A DNA stretch of 63,150 nucleotides, the filler included, from Globobulimina sp. (lineage: Eukaryota), in the NCBI GenBank assembly GCA_003354225.1. It is 44 parts of 44 records of this genome, joined end to end, with 100 filler letters (N's around TTAATTAATTAA, not from the genome) between each part and the next. Parts side by side here need not be neighbours in the genome. Positions count along the whole stretch, not along the records: positions 24,453 to 25,790 come from PIVH01018412.1; positions 25,891 to 27,228 come from PIVH01018413.1; positions 27,329 to 28,666 come from PIVH01018414.1; positions 28,767 to 30,104 come from PIVH01018415.1; positions 30,205 to 31,542 come from PIVH01018416.1; positions 31,643 to 32,979 come from PIVH01018417.1; positions 33,080 to 34,416 come from PIVH01018418.1; positions 34,517 to 35,853 come from PIVH01018419.1; 36 more parts are not named here. One strand, 5' to 3'. The notes below the pieces were generated by a model, which saw only the letters and a program-made list of their open reading frames with translations, did no database searches and was not told the DNA's origin. Numbering within the stretch: the stretch's first letter is position 1; each line of letters begins with the position of its first letter. A program made the translations under genes and the position numbers. Positions 24,453-35,953 of this stretch are shown here, piece by piece.

Positions 24453-25259
24453 GGATATCATAATTTAAACCGAGTGCCACTTGATACACTTTGGGCCACT
24501 AAGGATTCTAAACAAGCTAGTATGCAGTGCGAATCACCATTAGCCGATGTACTTGACATTACTAGAGATGTCGTTAATAAGCTCTCTGAGCTTGATGAAA
24601 CTGAACGAACACAGAGTTTTGCTTTGCTGTGGATTGGAGAAATGGATTCCGGCTCAATTGGCACCATTGATATATCTCAATGGTCCGCTATTACGGGCCC
24701 CGCCGAAGCCGGCAGTCCGCGTTATGTTTCGTCTGACTCATCTTTAGCCATGGGCAAGTGGCAACGCATTCAAGAGAAGTTAAATACTATTAGGCAACTT
24801 GTTGGAGCATCACGGGGGAAAAGCGAATATTCCAAAGAGGAGAGGTCCGCAGCTAGCCTTGAGATTGAGAATTCAGATAAAACCACGCAGATGGCAGCAA
24901 TGGCCTCTGCGACAGAAGAGTTTGACCATGCATTGCATAAAACAGTATTAGCCTGGACCGGTGAATCAAAGGATGATTATCCTAAACCAAGTTACCCAAA
25001 AAATTTCGATGCAAAGGGAACTTTTACCCGAATCGCAGAAATTGTTCAGCTTAAGGCTACCGATATATTATCACCGCAAGCCATTGCCCAATTATCTAAG
25101 CCTATTGTTGGAAGCATACTCAAGGAGAACGGGATATCCAGCGAAGGAGTTAAGAAGCTTGAAGCTGAACTTGACGCCCAAGCTTTACGGTTGCCACAGT
25201 CTGGAATAGAAAAGAAAACATTTCCAAAGAAAGAGGAGACCCCTGAAATTGGTACTTAA
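24453..25259 (+). CDS. Putative phage portal protein, C-terminal part
   Basis: HNLNRVP motif at the start, YPKNFD near the end, prokaryotic gene packing, and position upstream of a scaffold-like gene. Confidence 0.55.
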   Translation, partial: GYHNLNRVPLDTLWATKDSKQASMQCESPLADVLDITRDVVNKLSELDETERTQSFALLWIGEMDSGSIGTIDISQWSAITGPAEAGSPRYVSSDSSLAMGKWQRIQEKLNTIRQLVGASRGKSEYSKEERSAASLEIENSDKTTQMAAMASATEEFDHALHKTVLAWTGESKDDYPKPSYPKNFDAKGTFTRIAEIVQLKATDILSPQAIAQLSKPIVGSILKENGISSEGVKKLEAELDAQALRLPQSGIEKKTFPKKEETPEIGT

Positions 25260-25620
25260 AGATTTTAAGTGTGAATATTGCACTACGATACAAGAAAGCC
25301 CAGCTAAGATTGATGAACGCACACAGGAATTATTCTGTGACCATTGCGGAGAATCTACTAAGCACAAATCACTATGCAATGGAGGAACTGGGGTTAGATA
25401 TAGATTCTGTGATTTTTCAGAAGACCCTAGAGATTATAGGGGGCAAGTAAAAGCTAGTCCTCCACTGGCCACGGTAGATGGTGAAGCATCAAAGAACAAA
25501 CATACAGGGTTAGCAATGCACGATGACCCAAGATTTTCAGAAGATTCGCAAAACGAAAAGAGAGATAAAATACAACATGAAACCGACCGCGAACGCGGTT
25601 ACAACACAATTTACTTTTAG
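25249..25620 (+). CDS. Phage FmdB-like zinc-ribbon protein
   Basis: DFKCEYC...CDHCG (two CxxC); overlaps the upstream stop; AGGAG upstream. Confidence 0.6.
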   Translation: MVLKDFKCEYCTTIQESPAKIDERTQELFCDHCGESTKHKSLCNGGTGVRYRFCDFSEDPRDYRGQVKASPPLATVDGEASKNKHTGLAMHDDPRFSEDSQNEKRDKIQHETDRERGYNTIYF

Positions 25621-25628
25621 GAGAAATA

Positions 25629-25790
25629 ATGTTTGTAAAACATTTTTCGGCATTCCCTAGACCGATGGTATTTTATTCACCAGACGATTTAGGCGGTGCA
25701 CAGGGTACGGACCCGACAAATCCGGATGGTACGCCACCTGGGAACCCCCCGAATGCGGACTCAAGATTTACTCAATCAGATGTAGATGCA
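25629..25790 (+). CDS. Putative phage capsid scaffolding protein, N-terminus
   Basis: AGGAG Shine-Dalgarno; G/P/D-rich linker followed by FTQSDVDA. Confidence 0.6.
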
Positions 25791-26401
25791 NNNNNNNNNN
25801 NNNNNNNNNNNNNNNNNNNNNNNNNNNNNNNNNNTTAATTAATTAANNNNNNNNNNNNNNNNNNNNNNNNNNNNNNNNNNNNNNNNNNNNGTAGGCAATG
25901 CATAAAACGATGAGACTAAAAATGGATCGATAAATTGAGACATGCGTACTGTTTTTATTTTGTTTTCATCCATTCATTGCTAGTCAAATGTAAATGAATC
26001 ATATTTTTGTTACAATTATCATAATCAATGTACGTAGTTAATCATCGAATGACTGCGGAAAACAGGGTCTCGAATGACCAATGTTCGCTTGTTATGGAAG
26101 TTTGTGTTGAAAGAATGGTGAGTTGATGTTTGTTTGTTGCAAAAACTGTGGAGTAAGTAAGTAAGTAAATAAATAGAAACATACTTTAGAACATTCTTTT
26201 TTTGAAACTAAAAATGAAGTGATCACAATTGTTTGTGTATGCGAGGATAATGTATACAGTTTCAAATTATTCATGTTCTCATCAAAAGTAGTCAAATATA
26301 TATGGTTTAAATGGTATTATATACACTCAATAAAACGTTCATTGTCTAACGTTTAGAAATATATCAGTCATAGTGGCATATTATTGTTATTCTCAATATA
26401 T

Positions 26402-26950
26402 TCACCACTTAAATTTACTCAAAGCGGCCTTGGCTAAAGTTAAACTTTTGCCAAATCCTGCAATTCCTTCCGATGCTTTGTTTGTTAAAGGTTTAATAGC
26501 TCCTTTTGTTAAGTCACCAAATTTATATTTTTTTTTCTTTTTCTTTTTCTTTCTCTTTTTCTTTGGTTTGGCATTCCCTTTCTTAACATTCTTTTTTTTA
26601 ATACGTTTAATGGCTCCTTTTGTTACGTCCCCAAATTTATACGGCGCTTTGCCTTTTTTCTTTGGTTTTGTATCAATTGCATGATGTGAATAAAATGTGG
26701 CATATGGAATTACGATATTCTTCAATACAGAGCACACTTTGCATTTATATGTTGTAGATGCGTTCTCTTTAAATAGACATGATTTGCATTCCCAACACTT
26801 ATCCAATTCCACTTCAGGCGTTTGTGTCTTCGTTGCATCATTCCCAATATATAATGCTTTCTGTTCTTCGCGACTATCACTGTCATCATCAAACGTTAGC
26901 ACACAATCAAACTCTGGAGAACTCGAACCATCTTCGTAGCTTTCAGCCAT
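26402..26950 (-). CDS. Protein with a RanBP2-like zinc finger and two YKFGD repeats
   Basis: WECKSC....CKVC; YKFGDVTKGAIK and YKFGDLTKGAIK separated by a poly-Lys tract. Confidence 0.65.
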   Translation of the reverse strand: MAESYEDGSSSPEFDCVLTFDDDSDSREEQKALYIGNDATKTQTPEVELDKCWECKSCLFKENASTTYKCKVCSVLKNIVIPYATFYSHHAIDTKPKKKGKAPYKFGDVTKGAIKRIKKKNVKKGNAKPKKKRKKKKKKKKYKFGDLTKGAIKPLTNKASEGIAGFGKSLTLAKAALSKFKW

Positions 26951-27328
26951 GTCTTATATATCTTTCATCTTTTTTTTTGGCCTCAGAAACACCATCAAGA
27001 ACCGCTTGGTTCTCTGTTGAGAGCACAACTCCTTATCTCTTCAAATCATTCCTTGCAACATTAGATCGAAAAAATACATTATCGTTGATTTTCAATTCAT
27101 TGTTACAATCAAAAGATGAGCAGCTCATTTAATACTGCTTTGCATGGAATTGTTTCATCCGTTTTAAATGACAGATTGAAGCCAAACCAATGCAAAACAG
27201 AACAGAAATTATCAGAAAACACGGCAGTNNNNNNNNNNNNNNNNNNNNNNNNNNNNNNNNNNNNNNNNNNNNTTAATTAATTAANNNNNNNNNNNNNNNN
27301 NNNNNNNNNNNNNNNNNNNNNNNNNNNN

Positions 27329-28666
27329 AAAATGGAAACTAAAAATTTTCAAAGCAACTCCTGTGGAAGATATAATTCAAAATATTCGTCAAATTACTAA
27401 AGTCGATAAGTTTATCTGTAAAGACAATGACAATGCTATCATTGTTTTAACCTCATATTTGCCAAATGGTATTGATGTATTTCTTCATCCACAAAGCGAC
27501 ATAAATGATACCTGCAGCGACAACGGCATCGTCCCATTAAATGATGAATTCAAAAAAAACAAAATTATTCAAAAAAAACCATCCTTCACAGACACAGATT
27601 TTAGATCAATGAACTGTTTAAGAGAGGAATTATTGGATTCATGCGACAAACTAAATTTCTTTAACGCTGCCAAAATACAAGCAATTGCCATTCCGCTTTG
27701 TGTTGGAAATTATCCACAATCAGATAACAATTCCAATGACATCAAATACAATGATTTAATCGCTCACACACCGGCTGGATGTGGAACAACTGTTGCTTTT
27801 GCATTGATTATGTTGTCTCGGATGGATGAATACAATGATAAATTGCAGGGATTATGGATTGTGAGCTCGCGTGAATTAGCAATTCAAACATCTGCTACTA
27901 TAATAACATTGGCACAATATATTGGACAGTTGAACGTTGTGAGCGCATCGACATGCATCAAAGCACCAAATCCGTGGAAAGGGCAGATTTGTATTGGTAC
28001 TCCGGGTTGCATAATGTATAAATATTTACCTGTAAATGCAGGTGATTTTCAAATATTTTTGCGTGATTTTAAAGTATTAGTTATTGATGATTTGGATTAT
28101 TTTGTACCAACACCTGTACAGACACAAAATACTCGATGTCGAAAGAAGCGATATGGGGCAAATTTTTTTCTTTCGAGATCATTATTTGATCAATTGAAGG
28201 ATGTAATTGAGGTCATGAGCTTAGTAAAATTAGGTCGATGCCAAACATTCCAAACATTGTTGGCATCCAAAAGCTTCCCAAAGTATATTAAAAAATATGT
28301 TGCAAACTTGACACCCAATGCAAAAATTATACGTTTAGGGCGTACAAAACCAAAATCTTTTGACAATATTATGTTTAATACAATTATTTGCGATGATCCT
28401 GCGCATAAATTAAAGATTTTGTTACGAATTGTGGCGTTTTCGAATGTTGGGCAAATGATAGTTTTTGTGAATACGGTAAAAATGGCCAAGTATTTGATGG
28501 AAGCATTGCAAGGAAATGATTTAATTCATATTGAAAGTGATTGTGGTGTGTTATATGGAGCGTTAGATGTTGCGAAGAGAGATAAGACAGTGCAGGAATT
28601 CAGAGGTGGATACATTCGATGTTTAATTGCGTCGCATGTGATTTTAAGAGGTGTGATGTGCCGAGT
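27329..28666 (+). CDS. DEAD-box helicase-like protein (Dbp5/eIF4A-like) with degenerate catalytic motifs, partial
   Basis: Q motif KIQAIAIP, Ia SRELAIQ, Ib GTPG, IV IVFVNT and V ILRG; but motif I is AGCGTT, II is DDLD and III is SKS. Confidence 0.8.
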
Positions 28667-29504
28667 NNNNNNNNNNNNNNNNNNNNNNNNNNNNNNNNNN
28701 NNNNNNNNNNTTAATTAATTAANNNNNNNNNNNNNNNNNNNNNNNNNNNNNNNNNNNNNNNNNNNNTCTTTTAGGATTCGGAACTGAACCTTTGCGTCCA
28801 TCGGATTCGGAAAGTGATGATCCTGCTGCAGCACTCACTCCGATTACCTTGAAGCGGTCGCTTTCTTCATTGGAGATACAAAGACACACGCCAAATGGAG
28901 ACTCGGATGATGATTCTCCCATGTACGAGTTGCCAGGAAAAGCTTGTGGTGCTTCGAGAAAATTCGGCAAGAAAAGATTATTTTAATCATTGAGTTGTTA
29001 GGTTAGGTTTATAGTCATGTATTCCATTATCATTTACAACAACATAACTCAGTGTAAGATCAGGTCAATCATTTTGCTTGGCCACCTAGTCATTTGAACT
29101 ACATTGTATGTAGTCTGTTATAGGGTAACTCTAATAATATTATAACAAGGTGTTCTTCTGTGCCTATCCACTATTCTATCCACTATTCTAATGTTGTTGT
29201 TTTTACTGTAGTAGCTTACTTACATTACATCCACAATCTATCCAGCCCAGTGATGTAAATTAATACCTGTTTATAACAGGACTATCCAAATACAGGCATG
29301 TGTGTTGTTTATTATTTTAAAAATAATTCAAAAAGTATGTTATGTTGTTTTGTAAATTGATACTGTTGGTTACATTTATTATGTTGAATAAAATTTGCTT
29401 ATTGTTATTTACTATTTGTACTTTTTTGGATGCGTTCCATTACATGCTCGTGGGCATATATTTCTTTATAATATTTATTCTTCACACCTGTGTATATATA
29501 TTTA

Positions 29505-29859
29505 TAGGGCTAGTAGTTTTTCGCGCTAAAAACGGCGAAATTTCGCGATGTTGTCGCGGAAAAAATGCTAAATTTCGCGCTAATTCGCGTTGAAAAAATG
29601 GTAATTTTCGCGCTATTTCGCGTCAAAAATTCAAAATTTCGTGCTAATTCGCGCCAAAAATCATAATTTTACACTGTTTTGTGCTCAAAATGCAATTATT
29701 TTGTGTTATTTAACACTTAAAAATGCCAAATTCAACTTTATTTATCCAAAAAGGTATATTTCTAGCCTAAACAATCAAGCACTGCAAAAAAAACAAGCTG
29801 ATAATATCTTTCGCGCTGCTTGTCGCGGATTTCGCGCCCGCGAAATAATACTAGCCCTA
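29505..29859. mobile_element. hAT-type MITE, 355 bp, TIR TAGGGCTAGTA..TTTCGCG, 8-bp TSD TATATTTA
   Basis: 21-bp TIRs with two mismatches; identical TATATTTA at 29497-29504 and 29860-29867; many internal TTTCGCG motifs. Confidence 0.85.
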
Positions 29860-30304
29860 TATATTTATATCCGTTTATGTTTTTGCCAGTGTTCTGTATT
29901 TTGTTGGCCTTTCTTTGCTACTTTGTCTTTGTGTCTTATTTCATAGCTATATGGCAGTGCTGTGCTGCTATGAATAGATTGTATACATGTAACATATTGT
30001 TTGTTGTCTGTTATTGTCTTGTATCCATCTATTTCATGGCTATATTATGAATAGATTGTTTACATGTTGCTTGTTGTCTGTTATTGTCTTGTTAGTAGGT
30101 TTATNNNNNNNNNNNNNNNNNNNNNNNNNNNNNNNNNNNNNNNNNNNNTTAATTAATTAANNNNNNNNNNNNNNNNNNNNNNNNNNNNNNNNNNNNNNNN
30201 NNNNATTATATAGAAATACAACATCATATTAGGTATATTTGGAAAAGTACACTTATACATAAACAGAAAAATAGTTTAAAATGCAGTTTATGAAATAACA
30301 CTGT

Positions 30305-30460
30305 AAAATAAAAATAAATTTAAAAAAAAATAAAAAAATAAAAAAATAAAAAAATTAAAAAAAATAAAAAAAAATTAAAAAAAAATAAAAAAAATAAAAA
30401 AAAAAAAAAAAAAATAGAAAAAAAATAAAAAAAATAAAAAAAAATAGAAAAAAATAGAAA
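30305..30460 (+). repeat. A-rich (AAAAAAT)n low-complexity tract
   Basis: Visible directly in the sequence. Confidence 0.9.
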
Positions 30461-31392
30461 TTAATTTTAAATTAATTATTTTTAATTTTTTTATAAATTT
30501 GAATTTGTCAATTAAACTAAACTAATATTTTCAAAAATGTCGAAATTTCGAACCAGACCACATCGATACAAAAATTGAGCACATTAATTGTCACTGCCAC
30601 TAAAAACCGGGCAGATTTGTACATTTCTGTTACCATCGTGAAAATTACTTTTGATTAGCCCCTAACCTAATCGGATGTACTCTATGAATGTACTTTAAAT
30701 CCAAAAGTATTTGACTCAACTGGCCTTGGCTAGCCCACAGCTGCCTCACAAAGTTGTCGGGTGATTTCGTCATAATTTGCCCGAAAAATGGTCAACATTC
30801 AAAATGACATAACTCTGCAACTAAATGTGCCAGAGATTTCAACTTACTTGCAATCGATAGAGCGGCCAAGGTTGCGTCTATGATGGAAATTTAGTAATCG
30901 TGGTCCGATTGTCCACGAAATAATACATACTCAAAAAATGGTAGAAATCTGATTTTTTGAATTTTTGAAATATGACCATTTTCGAATTGTCATAAACTCG
31001 GGAGCCTCTTCGATCCCAGGGCTAAACTTCTGTCGCTAGTAGCCACCTAAAAGTACTTCCGAAAACAGGTTTAACTAGGTAGGTATCGGCCTCCACTAAG
31101 GAGCACTACTCTCTCGAATCTGAAAAAAATCCGATTCAGCACCAATGATTTACAAAGGTGCAACTCCGCTAATTTAAATCCGATTTGATTGATTCTTCTT
31201 CCATTCGATTTGTCGCATCAAGGAGATTATTTTCAAAAAATAAATATTCCATTTTGTGCAAAAATTGACCGAGTTGTATCGATTTTCCAATTTTTGCCGA
31301 TTTTGTTGCCAAGGGTGTTTTTAAAAACTCACTCAGTTTTGACATTTATGCTGACTCACAAAGCAGTAAACTGACTGCAAACATTAAGTTTG

Positions 31393-31542
31393 GACTTGTT
31401 TTCAAGTTTTTCAGCAATTAAAATCAATTTTCGGGAAAAAAATTTTTTTTAAATTTTTTGTCAACTGATCCATCAAAAAAATGGAAAAATTTTTTTTTCC
31501 CCGAAAATTGATTTTAATTGCTGAAAAACTTGAAAACAAGTC
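31393..31542. repeat. Perfect 43-bp inverted repeat ending at the contig end
   Basis: 31393-31435 is the exact reverse complement of 31500-31542. Confidence 0.9.
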
Positions 31543-31869
31543 NNNNNNNNNNNNNNNNNNNNNNNNNNNNNNNNNNNNNNNNNNNNTTAATTAATTAANN
31601 NNNNNNNNNNNNNNNNNNNNNNNNNNNNNNNNNNNNNNNNNNTACGTCACAAATTAAAGACAATTCAATACGTTACTGATAACAGATTGATCTGTTTAGA
31701 ATATATCAATATGATCAGAGTGCGAATTGAAAATGGGTTAATAATTAATTCATTAAAAAGTAAAGTCTGGTTTTAAAATGCAACTTTTCATTTCGCACTT
31801 TGATCTAATGATACATTCAACACTCAATTAAAAATAAATATTATTAATTATCATTTTAATATTTAGTAT

Positions 31870-32979
31870 TTACAAACAATTGTACTGTAAAGTTTGTCCT
31901 AAATCATCTAATAAGTCCATGTCATCGTCAACATCACTTTGGACAATAAATTCGTCGTTAAGCATAATCTGATCGGTATGCTCTATTTCCTTTGTTCGAT
32001 ATTGATTATTTTCCACAAAATCATCATCTGTAACATTTGCTTCCTCACTTCCTTCGTCTCCGCAATTTTGCTCATCACCAATACACGCTGCGGGCCCTCC
32101 AATAGTCCCAAATCCACCAATAACACCATCATCGTTATAACTAATCGTGTTTGCAATATTATTTGGCCCACCAACAGTCATTCCGTTAAAGTTAACTGCA
32201 TTATTCACATCAGCAATAACGTCATCCATCAACAATGAATTTGTTCCAACTATGTTTGTCAACGCTGCCCCAAATTGACCACCAAATTCCTCAACCGGTG
32301 ATTCAGGATCTTCAACAACATTCGAATTTGAATTTACTTTTCTCATTTGTAGTTGTATTGTTTTCTCTTTGACGGTATAATTTTCGCTGATTTTTCGTTT
32401 CTTTAGCATGCATATACAAAGAAGGCATAATATTACAGATAGCACAGCAACACAACCAAGCATTATAAACACTACATTGTCTGTAATAAATCTGCCGTTA
32501 TTTGATTCAAAATCTTGTGGTTTACCATCACCAGTTTGCTCGTTTGTGGTTTCTGTATTTTCCGCAACAGCACCGTGTGGATCTGATGGTGATTCTGTTG
32601 GAAAGGTTGAAGGAGAATTAGTTGGCAAAACTGTTGGTGTCGTGGTAGGATTTTTTGTTGGTGACGGACTTGGATCTGTTGTTGGATTATTTGACGGGGC
32701 TTTAGTTGGATTATCTGTGGTTGGATTTAGTGTCGGATTTCGTGTTGGATCTGTTGTTGGATCTCGCGTTGGATCGATTGTTGGATGTTTTGTGGGAATA
32801 ACTGTTGGAACTATTGTTGGATTAACTGTTGGATCCTCACTTGGATCTGCTGTGGATTGTGTTGGTGTGTACGTTGTTGGATTTATTGTTGGTTCGGTTG
32901 TAGACTGTGAAGGACTCATTGATGTTATCGTAGGATCCATGGTATCACTCGTTGGCGATTCTGTTGTTGAAATTGAAAA
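31870..32979 (-). CDS. Type I membrane protein with a Thr/Pro (PTxDPT) mucin-like stalk, partial
   Basis: PT repeats, one TM helix followed by KKRK, and an acidic cytoplasmic tail. Confidence 0.8.
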   Translation of the reverse strand, partial: FSISTTESPTSDTMDPTITSMSPSQSTTEPTINPTTYTPTQSTADPSEDPTVNPTIVPTVIPTKHPTIDPTRDPTTDPTRNPTLNPTTDNPTKAPSNNPTTDPSPSPTKNPTTTPTVLPTNSPSTFPTESPSDPHGAVAENTETTNEQTGDGKPQDFESNNGRFITDNVVFIMLGCVAVLSVILCLLCICMLKKRKISENYTVKEKTIQLQMRKVNSNSNVVEDPESPVEEFGGQFGAALTNIVGTNSLLMDDVIADVNNAVNFNGMTVGGPNNIANTISYNDDGVIGGFGTIGGPAACIGDEQNCGDEGSEEANVTDDDFVENNQYRTKEIEHTDQIMLNDEFIVQSDVDDDMDLLDDLGQTLQYNCL

Positions 32980-33516
32980 NNNNNNNNNNNNNNNNNNNNN
33001 NNNNNNNNNNNNNNNNNNNNNNNTTAATTAATTAANNNNNNNNNNNNNNNNNNNNNNNNNNNNNNNNNNNNNNNNNNNNTATGGAATAAATGAATGTTTA
33101 GTAATGTATAATTTTGATTGTTTTGTCTATGATATTTCACTGATCGCTGCCCTATCGATCAATTTATTGCAGTCAGAGTTGACGAATGGAATAATAGCAA
33201 GTTCAGTGATATTTAAATATCATAGACAAATTAAACAAGAAAGTTTAGTGATCAGTGAATTCATTGTACATGAAAATAAATAACGAAACACACAAATTTT
33301 ATAAAAAAATACAAAAACAATGACACAGTTTGTATACAACTTCGAGCCACCAAACAGCAAATTCTTAGTCGTATTGGCCACTGATCTCCTAATTCCAATT
33401 GGTTCTGTTATGAAAAATATGATAAACATAAACCCATAAATATATTTGTTCGGAATCATCAAATAACGAGAAAATATTATCAAATAACATTACAGCATTT
33501 TATTTTTAGAAACAAA

Positions 33517-34416
33517 GTGTTTTCAAAATATATTAAATATTTACAATATCAGTCTTTTAATAAACTTATTCAGCAATGGACAAAATATCACATTGAAACT
33601 GGTCCAATGAAACAGTTAATAAAATATATTGAAAATAATATTGATTATGCTAACAAATTCGATATATTTGAGATAAATATCAATCAACAAACCATTTGTG
33701 ACTTTATATGCTTATCAATAAAATACTATTTATATGAAAAACAAAATTTGGAACAACACGAAAAAAATATTCTGCTTCATTGCAATGCATATTTTGATGT
33801 ATATGATTATGACGAATGCATTCATTTTGATATGTTATTACCGTCCGCTTTATTTATTAATTATATGCAAGAAGAAATAGTAAATATTTATAAATTAAAA
33901 CAAGAGCTATGTAAATATTTAGAACTGTTTAATTTTAATGTGATAACAGATTATTTTGCTGCCACTTTGTATGAAAATACAGAAACAAATGAATTGACAT
34001 TTTTTTTAAATCAAGTGTTTGCCAAAGAATTATTGGATGACAATAAATATGACATTGACTTCGATAATTTAACGTTTATTCATCAGTCAAAATTTACATT
34101 TGTAGAACGAAACATTTATTCCAATTCGAATAAACATGGCTTAATTCTACAAATCTATGATAACACATTGACAATGGACTGGGCCATGTTTATCAAAAAA
34201 AAGCTGAAATATTTTCAACAAACAAATGGATATTGGAAAATATTAAATAAATATCACACCGATCACGCACGGGTTCAATATAAATATTTGAATGCAATAT
34301 TAATGTTATTGAGACACAAAGGATTGACAAACATAAACAGCACAAAACAAACAATAAAAATAGTGTTTTTAAAAAATAATAATAATAACAATAGTTATAA
34401 AGAAAAGGACATTGAC
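33517..34416 (+). CDS. Hypothetical protein, partial
   Basis: A 300-aa open frame in very AT-rich DNA. Confidence 0.5.
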
Positions 34417-34787
34417 NNNNNNNNNNNNNNNNNNNNNNNNNNNNNNNNNNNNNNNNNNNNTTAATTAATTAANNNNNNNNNNNNNNNNNNNNNNNNNNNN
34501 NNNNNNNNNNNNNNNNTAGAACAGAAAATGTGCTCTGTATCAAACGCAGAAGGCGGGAAGGTGACGAAAGGATGCTTTGGACTTAGTGACTTCAAAAAAA
34601 CTAGTAAGGTTTGGTTTTAAAATGCAAGTCTTCACTTGTATAATAATTAATTAATTTATTAAGTATTATTTCTTTAATAGCATTTACGATTACAATTGCA
34701 AGATCTAGATTTTTTTTCAGCGTCAGACATGTTTTTCAAGAAAAACGCAAATGCTATTAACATTTTTTCAGTATATTCGTAATCAAC

Positions 34788-35681
34788 ATGTCTCTGACAA
34801 CGTTTTGTTGGACATTAGTTTGCATCTTGGTCGCATCAGTAATCATCGACTGTCTTTTAATATGCACAAAGAAACATTCATATTATAATATGGTTGCGTC
34901 CTACGAACTTGATTTAAAAAAGAATATTTATGATGTTGATTCTAAATTGGATTTTGCAATTAGTTCCAAATCACATCAATGTCAAATATATTATACAAAT
35001 AATATATCACAAAATGAAGCCACAATTTTACGACAATGCCCACAATTAATGAAATACCCACAATTATTACATTTGGTTAAATATAGCAGCGATGACAAAT
35101 ACGTTGCGTCTCGATCTCATTATAAACCAATAAAAGCACATGGCACAGCTGACACATTTCATGGTGAATTTTATCGGGTGGCCAGCAATGAAGAAATGTT
35201 TCGTTTTTCTTCGGTAGAACTATGTACAACGACAAACAACACAGAAGCAAAATATGTCAAAAAGATATTGGACGACTATGGCAACGCAATGGCTCGCATT
35301 AACATGAAACCGCCACATTTTGTATCTTGGAGTATTAATCAATTCAAACAACATGGAAGTTGTTTTGTGTTCACGTTATGCATATTCTTGTTGATTGCAT
35401 ATTATATGTTAATAATCTTGTTAATAATATTAATATCTGCTATATATTTAATTACGATTTTATTGGTGTTGCTGTTGATTGGTGCATTTGGTGGAATGGT
35501 TATGATATGGAATATTATCAATGCTGTATTGCCTCATATGATATATTTTATATTAAGTAATATGGATGGCATCATAGTGTGTGGCCTGTTTATTATATTG
35601 ATATATTTGATTTTCATTGCTATCAAATTGTGTGAGCGTTACTATCAAAGAATTTTGGTAATGATGAGCATACTTACTTGA
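34788..35681 (+). CDS. Hypothetical membrane protein
   Basis: N-terminal TM helix and a hydrophobic C-terminal block. Confidence 0.5.
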   Translation: MSLTTFCWTLVCILVASVIIDCLLICTKKHSYYNMVASYELDLKKNIYDVDSKLDFAISSKSHQCQIYYTNNISQNEATILRQCPQLMKYPQLLHLVKYSSDDKYVASRSHYKPIKAHGTADTFHGEFYRVASNEEMFRFSSVELCTTTNNTEAKYVKKILDDYGNAMARINMKPPHFVSWSINQFKQHGSCFVFTLCIFLLIAYYMLIILLIILISAIYLITILLVLLLIGAFGGMVMIWNIINAVLPHMIYFILSNMDGIIVCGLFIILIYLIFIAIKLCERYYQRILVMMSILT

Positions 35682-35953
35682 CTCGTATACATTTGTATGG
35701 ATAAATAATGATTAAAGGCATAAATGGAATGTGATAATATGATACAAGTTACAGGATCCATACATTTATGAATATAATATTAAGTTCCATATGAAATATC
35801 AATTATAATTATGTTAAAAGCCATATATAAAAGTACAATTTTATTTGATCATTNNNNNNNNNNNNNNNNNNNNNNNNNNNNNNNNNNNNNNNNNNNNTTA
35901 ATTAATTAANNNNNNNNNNNNNNNNNNNNNNNNNNNNNNNNNNNNNNNNNNNN

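Noticed and set aside
29342-30050. Short ORFs over the MITE and its flanks
   Set aside because: They run through TIRs and repeats and have no protein motifs.
32408-33031. Val/Gly-rich 207-aa ORF on +
   Set aside because: It is the antisense shadow of the Thr/Pro-repeat gene.
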